Part shown: positions 29,563-39,094 of the stretch, piece by piece
Numbering within the stretch: position 1 is the stretch's first letter
Layout of the letters: each line of letters begins with the position of its first letter
Assembly: GCA_046754245.1 (NCBI GenBank)
Contig: JBHHVL010000001.1
Location: 48,577-112,576 of the forward strand
DNA length: 64,000 nt
Source of the DNA: Candidatus Binatia bacterium
Lineage (GTDB): Bacteria; Desulfobacterota; Binatia; UBA1149
Direction: 5' to 3'
The notes under the pieces: model-generated
The model's database searches: none
Told to the model about the DNA's origin: nothing
What the model saw: the letters and a program-made list of their open reading frames with translations, nothing else
Made by a program: the position numbers and the translations under genes

Positions 29563-30376
29563 CTGCTGCTCGGGCGCTCTTCAGCAATCGGGACAGGTCC
29601 GCGAAGCGCGCGACGTCGATGGACTCGGCCCTGGCGAGTCCGTCTATGCCGGCTTCGGCCATCAGAGCGCCTCCTCGGCTTCGACCGCATCGTGCCTCGA
29701 GCCAGGGTTGCAGACTGTTGCGCAACATCTTGCGGCGCTGCGAAAATGCTACCTGCACCAGTTCACGAAACAGCCCAAGATCCCCACAATCGTAGCGCGG
29801 CTCCGCGAGCGGCGCTACGCGCAACAGCCTGGAGCGTACCCTTGGGCGCGGGCGAAACGCCTCGGGCTCCACCACCATTCCACCCTCGACATCGGCGTGC
29901 ATCGTCACGAAGACGGAAAGCGGTCCGTAGGATCGGCTACCGGCCCTCGCCAGCATTCGCTCGCACACCTCCTTTTGAAGCATAACGACCATCTCTTCGA
30001 TCAGGGCCGGCTGTTGCAGAAGACGTGTGACGATCGCCGTGCCACTCTCGTAAGGCAGATTGGAAACGACCAGGGTGGGTCGGGATAACAGAACGGCCAG
30101 ATTGAGGGACAGGACGTCCGCGCACACGACCCTCACCCTGCCGCAACCTTCGAAACTCCGTTCCAGCTGCTGAGCGAGTTCAGCGTCGATCTCCACCAAG
30201 CAGAGGCGCTCGGCTCGCCTCGCGAGTAGCCGCGTAAGTATTCCTCGGCCCGGTCCTATTTCCAGCACGCTCCGCCCTTCGGCTCGGGACCAGTCGACTA
30301 TGTGGGAGGCGACGGTCTCATCAACGAGAAAATTCTGTCCCCACCGAACCGGTCTCCGCCCCACGGGAACTCTCAC
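29555..30376 (-). CDS. rsmA: 16S rRNA m6,2A dimethyltransferase
   Basis: WGQNFL, EIGPGRG, SNLPY, QKEV, FSQRRKMLRN; start moved to GTG 30376. Confidence 0.94.
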   Translation of the reverse strand: MRVPVGRRPVRWGQNFLVDETVASHIVDWSRAEGRSVLEIGPGRGILTRLLARRAERLCLVEIDAELAQQLERSFEGCGRVRVVCADVLSLNLAVLLSRPTLVVSNLPYESGTAIVTRLLQQPALIEEMVVMLQKEVCERMLARAGSRSYGPLSVFVTMHADVEGGMVVEPEAFRPRPRVRSRLLRVAPLAEPRYDCGDLGLFRELVQVAFSQRRKMLRNSLQPWLEARCGRSRGGALMAEAGIDGLARAESIDVARFADLSRLLKSARAADA

Positions 30377-30545
30377 TCCCCGCCAGTCCGCACTGTTCGC
30401 GAACGGCAGCAGTGAGAGCCCCCGCCCCGGCCCAACTCGCACCGAAAACGGCCGCGAACGATACCGGCAAACCCGGCGGTCCGCCGCAGGGCGAGTGGCG
30501 AGTAGGGCCGGGACGGGAAATTGTCGCTCGTGGTAGGGCGCTCCA

Positions 30546-31556
30546 TCAATTTCGCGGGCCACGGCGGGGCCCGAGAGGCAAGCGCGACACCGCCGTAAGC
30601 TCTTCTTCAGGAAGGTCCCCGTCCAGCCTTTTCGACGCCGCAAACGCGATCATCGCAGCGTTGTCCGTACACAGCCCCATCGAGGGAAAGACGAGTCTGC
30701 CCCCGGTCTTACCGACTGCACGGTCCAGCTTCGTCCGTAGACGGCGGTTTGCCGATACGCCACCGGCGAGGGCGAGGTTGCCTACCCCCAGCCTCGACGC
30801 CGCCTCCATGACCCGGTCAACAATGGAATCGACGACAGCCTCCTGAAAAGACGCACAGACGTCTTCGACGCTGTGGCGACGGCTCGAATCAGAATGGAGA
30901 AAATCCCAGAGCGAGGTCTTCAGCCCCGCGAAGCTCATCGCGAGGCGGTCACCCCGCACCCGGGGCCGCGGAAACCCCACCGCTCGCGGGTTCCCCCTGC
31001 TCCCCAGTTCATCGATGACCCTGCCGCCAGGGTACCCCAGGCCCAGCATCTTCGCAGCTTTATCGAAGGTCTCTCCCGCTGAATCGTCTCTGGTCGCGCA
31101 CACCTCCGCGTAATCACCAATCGCTTCCACCAGGTACATCGCCGTGTGCCCCCCGGACACCAGCATTGCCAGGTACGGAAAGTCTAACTCGTTCTCCATC
31201 AGCGGTGAGAGGGCGTGCCCTTCCAGATGATTGACACCCGTGAGAGGAAGATCGCAGGCCAGCGCCAACCCCTGAGCGGCAGATATTCCCACGAGCAAAG
31301 ATCCTATCAGGCCCGGGCCACGGGTGACGGCGATGCCATCGAGCTCTCCCAGAGCGGCACCGGACAGCTCCATCGCCCTCGCGATGACCGTTCCGACGGT
31401 CTCCAGATGACGGCGAGCCGCGAGCTCTGGCACCACCCCACCGTAGCACGCGTGAATCTCGTCCTGAGAAGCAACCACGTTCGAAAGGACTCGACCACCG
31501 TCAACGACGGCAGCCGAAGTATCGTCGCAGGAACTCTCCACGCCGAGAAGCAACAC
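30546..31556 (-). CDS. tsaD: tRNA N6-adenosine threonylcarbamoyltransferase
   Basis: GVESSCDDT, YGGVVPELAAR, NHLEGH, VSGGHT, TDNAAMI. Confidence 0.96.
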   Translation of the reverse strand: MLLLGVESSCDDTSAAVVDGGRVLSNVVASQDEIHACYGGVVPELAARRHLETVGTVIARAMELSGAALGELDGIAVTRGPGLIGSLLVGISAAQGLALACDLPLTGVNHLEGHALSPLMENELDFPYLAMLVSGGHTAMYLVEAIGDYAEVCATRDDSAGETFDKAAKMLGLGYPGGRVIDELGSRGNPRAVGFPRPRVRGDRLAMSFAGLKTSLWDFLHSDSSRRHSVEDVCASFQEAVVDSIVDRVMEAASRLGVGNLALAGGVSANRRLRTKLDRAVGKTGGRLVFPSMGLCTDNAAMIAFAASKRLDGDLPEEELTAVSRLPLGPRRGPRN

Positions 31557-31557
31557 C

Positions 31558-32085
31558 TCAGTTGACCGTCTCCGTACCGTGGACGAGGTAGACCGCCCTT
31601 CGCAACACCTCCAACTCTAGGTCCAGTTCTCTGTCAACCGGGGTCTTGCCCTGCGCTCGTTCCAAGAAGATTCGGCCTTCTGCCGGCTGTCCCAGGCGCC
31701 GCCACGCCTCCGCCGCGTAGACCCAACACTGCCAGTCGCCACCGTCTACCGAGATCGATCTCTCGAACATGTCAAGAGCCGCCTCCGGGCTGCCAGCCTC
31801 GAGCAGATCGCGGCCACGCGCGACAAAACGCAGACTCGCCAGACTCGCCGACCCGTGGCGGCCGGCCCCGGGGCCCCCCGACTCTCTCTCCAGACCGTCT
31901 ATCCTCTCGTCCAGTAATTCGGAAACACGCGAAAGCTCACCGATGCGGACTTCGGGCAGCGCGGGCCCGGAGTCCGATGTGGTCCTGTGAACACTGGTCG
32001 GTCCGCAGGACACGGTTACCGAAAAAACCGCGACCAGCGAGACCGTCCCGGCGCTAGCCAGGCCAGCGAGCAGGCCCGCCTTCAA
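31558..32085 (-). CDS. TPR-containing putative lipoprotein
   Basis: TTG start overlaps the mrcB stop (TTGA); hydrophobic leader ending TVSC; TPR-like AALDMFERSISVDG. Confidence 0.7.
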   Translation of the reverse strand: MKAGLLAGLASAGTVSLVAVFSVTVSCGPTSVHRTTSDSGPALPEVRIGELSRVSELLDERIDGLERESGGPGAGRHGSASLASLRFVARGRDLLEAGSPEAALDMFERSISVDGGDWQCWVYAAEAWRRLGQPAEGRIFLERAQGKTPVDRELDLELEVLRRAVYLVHGTETVN

Positions 32086-34442
32086 AGCAGTTCCCTCCCG
32101 GGTAGCGACAGGTGTTTCTGGATTCCACACTGTTCCGAGGGGCCTTCGCCCTTGAGGTAGGCTTCGGTCACCACCTCCGAACACAGCACTGACGCTCGCA
32201 ATCCGGTGCGCGGGTCGATGTCCACTAGCTCCACTCCCGCCGGCACGTCGAAGTCAGCCGGCGGTCTACCTGCCAGCGCCCCCTTCATGAACTCCGTCCA
32301 TATGGGCAACGCCGCCACGGCGCCACTGAGACCCACGTGGCTCTTACGATCGTAACCGACCCACACCACGGTAAGCAGGTCTGGGGTGAACCCAGCGAAC
32401 CAAGCGTCGTTAAAATCGTTGGTCGTCCCTGTCTTGCCGGCAGCGGGCCTCGTGAACCCCGAGCGGCGAGCACGCTTTCCGGTTCCTCGTTCCATCACGC
32501 CCATGAGGAGGTGTGTGATCAGGTAAGCATCCTCGGCCGGAATCACCCGGCGCAGCTGCACGCGGTTACCCTCCACGATCCTACCCCGCCGGTCAACCAC
32601 CTTCGCGACACTCATCGGGGCGGCGGACATGCCCGCGTTGGCAAACACCCCATAGATCTTTGCCACCTCGAGTGGCGATAGTTCCCAGGCTCCGAGCGCG
32701 ATCGCCGGATAAGCCGGCAGCCCGGGGTCGGCTCCCAGGCGAACCGCAAGATCACGAATGGGTCCGATTCCCACCTCACGAGCGATCCGTGCCGTCGCCG
32801 AGTTTATCGAGCGCTCGAGCGCCTCCCGAACGCTTACCTCGCCGTAGTATTTCTCTTCATAGTTGGTAGGCGTCCAGCTTCGCCCGTCGTATTCCCAGGT
32901 AAATGCTTCGTCCATGACCCGGCTACTCGGAAGAAAATGCTTGCTCCCCACCCGTTCGCCGCCCAGGGCAGCCAACATCACCACTGGCTTGAACACCGAT
33001 CCGGTCTGGCGCCTGCCGTTGATGACCCTGTTGAACTGAGTCTGGCCGTATTCTCGCCCTCCGACCATCGCGACAATCGCTCCAGTACGAGGATTCAACG
33101 CGACGAGAGCCCCTTCGAGCCGGGCAGACGACTGTGCCAGAGTCGGAAAATCCTCTTCGAGTCGCCGAAGACCGTCGTCGAGCACCTCGACGGCCAACCG
33201 CTGCAGTCCGTGATCCAGCGTGGTGAAAATCTCATACCCTTCGCTCGCAAGTACCTCTCTGGGAAAATGGGCCTGCAACTCATTGCGAACAAAGTCGGTA
33301 AAGTGGGCGGCGCTGTTACTCGTAGGCGGCGGTGGGACCGTGCCGAGGGGTTCGGCCAACGCTGACCGGAACGCGCGTTCGTCAAGATCCCCAGTGCTTC
33401 TCAGAATCTTGAGCACGACATCGCGCCGCTCCAGCGCGCGTTCGGGATGGCGATGAGGGGAATAGTAGTTCGGAGCCCTGATCATGCCGGCCAACGTCGC
33501 GATCTGCCCCATGCTGAGTTCTCGTGGTTCGCGTCCGAAGTAGTAGCCCGCGGCTTCCCAGAGGCCGTGGACACCAACACCTCCTTTTTGGCCCAGGTAG
33601 ATCTCGTTGATATAGTTTTCCAGTATCTCGAGCTTGGAGAACCGACGCTCCGCTACCAACGCCATCGCCGCTTCGCGCAACTTACGGGAGAGCGTTCGTT
33701 CGTCCGTCAGAAAAAAATTTTTCATCAGCTGTTGGGTAAGCGTCGAACCGCCCTGCCTCACAGAGCCCGAACGTAGGTTGACCAGCATCGCGCGGGACAA
33801 GCCACGAAGATCGACGCCCCGGTGTTCAAAAAAACGTCTGTCCTCGACGTTGATGATCGCCCGGATCAGCGGGCCCGGAACTTCTGCGATGGTCATCTCC
33901 CGGCGCTCTTCTCGCAGCTCCCCGTGCAAACCGGCTATGGGCACCGGCGCGAGGAAAAAGCTGAACACCTCGGAACCGTCTTCTGCGGATGAAATTCTCG
34001 TCACCATCCCCTCTTCGTCGAGCTCCAGCAACAGCAGTCGCCCCTTCTCCCGCCTTCCCGGATAGTCGAAGGGCCGCAGAAAGAGCTCGAGGCGTCTCTG
34101 ACTGTGTTCACCGGCGGAATCAACAAAGCGAAACTCCCCGCGTTCGGCGGGCCGCCGCGTTCGAGACCTGTATCCTCGACTGGCTAACCGAGATCGAAAG
34201 AGAGCATCGTCCACGCGGATTCCAGGGTAGACGGCGATCTCATCGGAATAGATGCGTGACGGAAAATCCCAGCGCCGCCCCGCAAACCTTTGCTGGAGCG
34301 TCTCGTCAATGCCGATGTAAAGGCGCCAGCCGACGACACCACCGAGGAGGACGCCGACAGCCAGCGCCGAAACGCCGAGGACCAAGAAGTTTTTCGGAAG
34401 CCCGCGCAGACCTCGGCGTCTCCCTTCCCCAGCCGGACTCAC
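32082..34442 (-). CDS. mrcB: Penicillin-binding protein 1B (class A PBP with UB2H-like domain)
   Basis: PSRIYS followed by a UB2H-like insert, EDRRFFEHRG, GGSTLTQQL, SVFK, SIN, KTG. Confidence 0.92.
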   Translation of the reverse strand: MSPAGEGRRRGLRGLPKNFLVLGVSALAVGVLLGGVVGWRLYIGIDETLQQRFAGRRWDFPSRIYSDEIAVYPGIRVDDALFRSRLASRGYRSRTRRPAERGEFRFVDSAGEHSQRRLELFLRPFDYPGRREKGRLLLLELDEEGMVTRISSAEDGSEVFSFFLAPVPIAGLHGELREERREMTIAEVPGPLIRAIINVEDRRFFEHRGVDLRGLSRAMLVNLRSGSVRQGGSTLTQQLMKNFFLTDERTLSRKLREAAMALVAERRFSKLEILENYINEIYLGQKGGVGVHGLWEAAGYYFGREPRELSMGQIATLAGMIRAPNYYSPHRHPERALERRDVVLKILRSTGDLDERAFRSALAEPLGTVPPPPTSNSAAHFTDFVRNELQAHFPREVLASEGYEIFTTLDHGLQRLAVEVLDDGLRRLEEDFPTLAQSSARLEGALVALNPRTGAIVAMVGGREYGQTQFNRVINGRRQTGSVFKPVVMLAALGGERVGSKHFLPSSRVMDEAFTWEYDGRSWTPTNYEEKYYGEVSVREALERSINSATARIAREVGIGPIRDLAVRLGADPGLPAYPAIALGAWELSPLEVAKIYGVFANAGMSAAPMSVAKVVDRRGRIVEGNRVQLRRVIPAEDAYLITHLLMGVMERGTGKRARRSGFTRPAAGKTGTTNDFNDAWFAGFTPDLLTVVWVGYDRKSHVGLSGAVAALPIWTEFMKGALAGRPPADFDVPAGVELVDIDPRTGLRASVLCSEVVTEAYLKGEGPSEQCGIQKHLSLPGRELL

Positions 34443-35896
34443 TCCTCCCCGGGCTTGATTACTCGGAAAAGCGTTTCGTCACCCCGCCGGACCAACACGA
34501 GGACACTACTGCCCTTGTCTCTGTCGGCGAGCATTTCGCGAAATTCCTTGGCGCTGTCAACCGGCTTGTTGCCAACTTGTTCGATGATGTCCCCGGGACG
34601 AAGTCCCACCTCCGCCGCCGGAGAACCGTTCACGACCGAGGAAATAACCACCCCAGGCGCGTCCGACTCTACCCCCAGTTCGTCCGCCAGTTCGGGGGTG
34701 ATGTCTTGCACAGACAGTCCGAGTTCCTCGGCCTTCACGGGACGGGCGCTCACCTCATCGTCTTTCATCTTGGCTATGGTGACCTCGATAGCCAGGGCCC
34801 TACCGTCACGCATTATACCGACGTTGACGCTTTCTCCCGGCGGCGTGGCCGCAACGATCGCCGGCAGATCCGCCGACTTCTCGACCTTACGCCCGTCAAA
34901 GCTCACGATCACGTCGCCGGTTTCAATACCGGCCTCTTCGGCGGGACTGCCCTCGAAGACCGAGGCTACGAGGGCACCGGCCGCCTCGTCAAGATTCAGC
35001 GACTCGGCGATATCGTCATCCACGGACTGAATCCTGACCCCCAGCCACCCGCGGGTGACGTGGCCGAATTCCTTGAGCTGGGGTACGGCCGTGCGGGCCA
35101 TGTTGATGGGGATAGCGAAACCGATGCCTATGTTGCCGCCGCTGCGGGAAAATATCGCGGTGTTGATGCCAACGACCTGGCCAGCAAGATTGATCAGGGG
35201 ACCGCCGGAATTGCCGGGATTGATGGCGGCGTCGGTCTGAATGAAGTCGTCGTAGGGGTTGCCGGCGTGTATCCTCCGACTCTTGGCGGACACGATTCCC
35301 GCCGTCACGGTGCTGTCCAGACCGAAGGGATTTCCGATCGCCAAAACCCACTCGCCAACGTTGAGTTCATCGGAATCGCCGAAGGCAACCGCCTGCAACT
35401 CTTCGACCGGTTCGATCTTGATCACAGCAATGTCGGTTTTCTCATCCGAACCGATGACTTCCGCATCGTACTCTTTGTCGTTGTGAAGCCGGACGACGAT
35501 CTTGGTGGCGTCGGCAACCACGTGATGGTTGGTGATGATGTATCCTTCTTCGTCGAGTATGAATCCCGAGCCGAGACTCTGCCTTGGGACCGAGGGAACG
35601 AAGGGGAAAAACCCGAACGGATCCCGCTGAGATCGCCTCTGGCGAAGCCGAGAGTTGACGTCTTCCGACACCGCGATATTGACCACCGATGGCCGTAGAT
35701 GGTCGACGAGCCTGGTGAAATCGGGCAACCCTTTGAGACTTCTCTCTGCCCGACTCACCGGCAGAACCATCGGGGATTCGATCTGGTCAGCGGTGGTGCA
35801 GCTCTCCCGGTTGAGGGAAACCGTGAGCATCACACCGATAACGGCACCGGCCAGCAACGCCGCGCCGAGGATCGAGCGTCCCGCGGCTGCCATCAC
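34439..35896 (-). CDS. DegP/DegQ (HtrA) serine protease with two PDZ domains
   Basis: GSGFI, TNHHV, DIAV, INPGNSGGPL, two PDZ domains. Confidence 0.95.
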   Translation of the reverse strand: MMAAAGRSILGAALLAGAVIGVMLTVSLNRESCTTADQIESPMVLPVSRAERSLKGLPDFTRLVDHLRPSVVNIAVSEDVNSRLRQRRSQRDPFGFFPFVPSVPRQSLGSGFILDEEGYIITNHHVVADATKIVVRLHNDKEYDAEVIGSDEKTDIAVIKIEPVEELQAVAFGDSDELNVGEWVLAIGNPFGLDSTVTAGIVSAKSRRIHAGNPYDDFIQTDAAINPGNSGGPLINLAGQVVGINTAIFSRSGGNIGIGFAIPINMARTAVPQLKEFGHVTRGWLGVRIQSVDDDIAESLNLDEAAGALVASVFEGSPAEEAGIETGDVIVSFDGRKVEKSADLPAIVAATPPGESVNVGIMRDGRALAIEVTIAKMKDDEVSARPVKAEELGLSVQDITPELADELGVESDAPGVVISSVVNGSPAAEVGLRPGDIIEQVGNKPVDSAKEFREMLADRDKGSSVLVLVRRGDETLFRVIKPGEE

Positions 35897-36336
35897 TCTC
35901 CTGCCTCCTTTTCCCCATCTGAACGCAATTCGGCGACGTACTGCATACGTAACTGGTAAAGGATATCTTCTAACATTCTTTCCTCATCATCGGTCAGGTT
36001 ACCCTTGGTCTTGGTCTGCAACGCGGCGAGGAGATCGATGATACCCGTAGCCTGAGTCAGATCTCGGTTTGGCTTCCCGGTCTGAGGGTCGGGAAGCGTG
36101 CCGAGAAACACGAAAGCCTGCGACGCGAGGCTCATGACGAAGCCGGAAAAGACTAGATCCGTCTTCTCCGAAGACCCCGCCAGCGTTTCCTCACCAGCGT
36201 CACTCTGACCGTCAGGTCCGTCCCGTTTTTCGGCAGGCGAGACGGTATCTTCCTGAGTACTCTCCCGCGGCTCGCCGCTGGGATCGAACCTTCGTTTGTC
36301 TTCGACCCTGAACCCCGGATCATCCTTTTCCGACAT
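35893..36336 (-). CDS. DUF1844 family protein
   Basis: FRVEDKRRF, LGTLPDPQTG, IDLL...KTKGNL...LYQLRMQYV; SD AGGAGG. Confidence 0.85.
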   Translation of the reverse strand: MSEKDDPGFRVEDKRRFDPSGEPRESTQEDTVSPAEKRDGPDGQSDAGEETLAGSSEKTDLVFSGFVMSLASQAFVFLGTLPDPQTGKPNRDLTQATGIIDLLAALQTKTKGNLTDDEERMLEDILYQLRMQYVAELRSDGEKEAGE

Positions 36337-36502
36337 AGGCGCAGCTCTCCTCCTTGCCTTGTACCAGAAAAACGGTGCTTAGTAAGCGCCAGCGCGAAAT
36401 ACCCGCTAGGGGCCGTCGCTCGGTGCCGCCGACCCAACGTTGACGTCGCCAAGAGGGTCTTTATTCGCGCGCCTAGCCTCGCGGCGGCGCCCGCCGATGA
36501 AA

Positions 36503-36531
36503 TTGACAACCCTGATACCTGCCAATATATT
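36503..36531 (+). promoter_or_regulatory. Near-consensus sigma70 promoter for cysK-larE
   Basis: TTGACA (36503-36508), 17-nt spacer, TATATT (36526-36531). Confidence 0.7.
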
Positions 36532-36574
36532 CAACAAAAGGGGCTTGTGGGGTTACCCATCGCCCGCGTGTCGA

Positions 36575-37513
36575 ATGCCCTCTCCTGGTCAAGTAGGTCG
36601 TACCGTTCTGGAACTCGTCGGCAACACTCCGATCGTCGAGCTCAACCATATCGTCGACAAGAAATCGGCCAGGGTCGTGGCCAAGCTCGAGTCCATGAAT
36701 CCCGGCGGAAGCGTCAAGGACCGGATCTGCCTGGCAATGATCCGGGCGGCCGAGGCCGACGGCAACCTCCATCCCGGTGGGACGATCATAGAACCTACCA
36801 GCGGCAACACGGGGATAGGACTCGCCGTCGTCGCGGCAGCACTTGGATACCGGCTCATTCTGACCATGCCGGACACCATGAGCGAGGAAAGAATCAGCCT
36901 CCTCAAAGCCTACGGCGCGGAGCTGATCCTCACACCAGACAGTAAGGGCATGCACGAAGCGATACGCAAGGCGGAAGAAATCCTTGAAGAAAACGCCGAT
37001 TATTTCATGCCCCAGCAGTTCTCCAACCCCGCCAATCCCGCCGCGCATAGCGAGACAACCGCCACCGAAATCCTGGCACAGTGCCCCGAACTCGACGCTT
37101 TCGTCGCCGGTGTCGGTACGGGGGGAACCGTAACCGGTGTTGGCTCGGTCCTGCGCCGCGAACGGCCCGACGTCGAGATCGTAGGAGTGGAACCATCCTG
37201 TTCGCCCGTCTTGTCGGGCGGTGAGCCAGGCTTCCACAAGATCCAGGGGATCGGAGCGGGTTTCGTACCGGACGTCCTCGACGAGGATCTGCTCGACCGT
37301 GTGCTGGCGATCAGCGATGAAGACGCAACCGAAGCAACCCGCCAACTAGCGGCCAGGGAAGGCATACTGGTGGGCATCTCCTCGGGCGCGGCTTGCGCCG
37401 CGGCGCTCAAGATCGCCGCTGAACTCGGAGACGGTAAGACCGTCCTGGTTATCTTTGCGGATACCGGCGAGCGATACCTCACGACTGAACTGTTCGAGTA
37501 CGAGGGGATCTGA
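36575..37513 (+). CDS. cysK: Cysteine synthase A
   Basis: GNTP, NPGGSVKDRI, EPTSGNTG, GVGTGGT, HKIQGIGAGF, DTGERY; start moved to ATG 36575. Confidence 0.95.
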   Translation: MPSPGQVGRTVLELVGNTPIVELNHIVDKKSARVVAKLESMNPGGSVKDRICLAMIRAAEADGNLHPGGTIIEPTSGNTGIGLAVVAAALGYRLILTMPDTMSEERISLLKAYGAELILTPDSKGMHEAIRKAEEILEENADYFMPQQFSNPANPAAHSETTATEILAQCPELDAFVAGVGTGGTVTGVGSVLRRERPDVEIVGVEPSCSPVLSGGEPGFHKIQGIGAGFVPDVLDEDLLDRVLAISDEDATEATRQLAAREGILVGISSGAACAAALKIAAELGDGKTVLVIFADTGERYLTTELFEYEGI

Positions 37514-37520
37514 ACCCGTC

Positions 37521-38381
37521 GTGCCGCTAGGAGTGGAAACCCACCGGGGACGTCTGCGGGAGGTGCTGGGGAGCATGGGGTCCGTGGTCGTCGCGTTCTC
37601 GGGCGGCGTCGACTCGAGTCTGTTACTCGCCGTTGCTTCCGACACCCGGGGGTTGCGATCCGTCGCAGTTACAACGGCGTCTCCGACCAACACCGACGAG
37701 GAGATTGGAGAAGCGCGCGCGCTCGCGATGGCGCTAGGGATCAAGCACCGGGTGATCCCCACCGACGAACTTCAGACCCCCGGCTATGCTGATAACCCCG
37801 CGAACCGATGCTACCTCTGCAAGTCCACCCTCTACCCCCTGTGTCTGGAGATCGCCAAGAGCGAGGGCTGTCGGTTCGTGGTTGACGGCGTCAACACCGA
37901 CGATCTCGTGGACTACCGTCCTGGTCTGCTGGCCGCAAGAGAACTCGCCATCCGGCATCCGCTGGTCGAGGCTGGCCTGTCAAAGGCCCATGTGAGGGAA
38001 CTCTCGAGGTGTTATGACCTTCCAACAGCGGACAAACCCGCGTCCCCCTGCCTGTCGTCTCGTTTTCCCTACGGAACGCGAATCACCCACCGACGGCTGG
38101 AACAGGTTGCGGACGCCGAGCGCTATCTCAAGAAACTAGGGTTCCTTGAACTCAGGGTGCGGCACCTCGGAGATTCGGCGCGAGTCGAGGTCTCCGCCGG
38201 AGAGTTGGGCAAGATCGCGGACGGCGAAGTCAGAAAGCTAGTGGTCCGAGGCCTAAAGAAGATCGGCTTCCCGCGGGTACGCATCTCTCAGCAGCCGCTG
38301 CGTTCTGGCAGCCTCAACGCGGGCCTCGGTGTTTCGCCCCGCCCATCAACCGCACCAGTTCGAGATCCCAACTCCTGGTGA
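37521..38381 (+). CDS. larE: LarE family ATP-dependent sulfur transferase (PP-loop)
   Basis: AFSGGVDS, NRCYLCK, DGVNTDD..DYRPG, KPASPCLSSRFPYG, RVRH. Confidence 0.88.
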   Translation: MPLGVETHRGRLREVLGSMGSVVVAFSGGVDSSLLLAVASDTRGLRSVAVTTASPTNTDEEIGEARALAMALGIKHRVIPTDELQTPGYADNPANRCYLCKSTLYPLCLEIAKSEGCRFVVDGVNTDDLVDYRPGLLAARELAIRHPLVEAGLSKAHVRELSRCYDLPTADKPASPCLSSRFPYGTRITHRRLEQVADAERYLKKLGFLELRVRHLGDSARVEVSAGELGKIADGEVRKLVVRGLKKIGFPRVRISQQPLRSGSLNAGLGVSPRPSTAPVRDPNSW

Positions 38382-39012
38382 TCTTGGGGTTGGCCCCCAC
38401 GCTCTCGAGGACGGTAATCGCCGAACCACAGGCCTCTACCAAACTCGCGTCGTCGGTGGCCTCCAGGCCAACGGCTTTGGCCTCACGATGAGCCTTCTCT
38501 ATGAGTTCCCTTTGAAAGGCCTGGGGGGTCTCTACCAGCCAGATGCTCCCCCTGTCCAGGGCAACCGTCCCACCGTCGCCGTCGTCCCTCCTCACACTGT
38601 CTCCGGGTCTAGACGCCACGGTCGCCGCGCCATCGCGCTCGGCGGCGGCCAGCACCGCGTCGATGGAATCCGCCTTGACCATCGGGCGTGCCGCGTCGTG
38701 GACGCACACCAGGTCTGCGTCGCTCTCAAGCGCATCCAGCGCACCACGTACCGATTCCTGACGCGTCGCAGCACCAGCCAACACTTTGACATCGGCGGTG
38801 GGCAGTTCAATCCCCTCCAGAGCCCTGCTGAAATCCACCAGTGCCCCTTGGGGTACTGCCACGATCACCTCCACGAGCGAGTCCACAGCGGCAAAACGTT
38901 CCAGGCTGAGCCTGACCAGCGGAACGCCCTCAATGGGAACCAGTCCCTTGGGCAGGGAGAGGCCCAGACGCTGGCCACTGCCAGCCGCGGGCATCAAGAG
39001 CGCAACTTTCAC
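38314..39012 (-). CDS. ispD: 2-C-methyl-D-erythritol 4-phosphate cytidylyltransferase
   Basis: PAAGSGQRLG, RQESV, VHDAARP, ETPQAF, TDDASL, NPKIT; start moved to GTG 39012. Confidence 0.94.
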   Translation of the reverse strand: MKVALLMPAAGSGQRLGLSLPKGLVPIEGVPLVRLSLERFAAVDSLVEVIVAVPQGALVDFSRALEGIELPTADVKVLAGAATRQESVRGALDALESDADLVCVHDAARPMVKADSIDAVLAAAERDGAATVASRPGDSVRRDDGDGGTVALDRGSIWLVETPQAFQRELIEKAHREAKAVGLEATDDASLVEACGSAITVLESVGANPKITRSWDLELVRLMGGAKHRGPR

Positions 39013-39039
39013 GTCGCTGATTGTCGCACCGCGGCAGGC

Positions 39040-39068
39040 AAAAAAAAAGCCGGGCATAGCCCGGCTTT
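39040..39068 (-). terminator. Intrinsic terminator downstream of carD
   Basis: Minus strand reads AAAGCCGGGC-TAT-GCCCGGC followed by a run of 9 T. Confidence 0.85.
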
Positions 39069-39094
39069 CTCGTTTTTCCCCAATTATCCGGGCA

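Noticed and set aside
33989-35698. 569-aa plus-strand ORF
   Set aside because: Antisense shadow of degP/mrcB; long stop-free antisense frames are expected at high GC, and it has no motifs.
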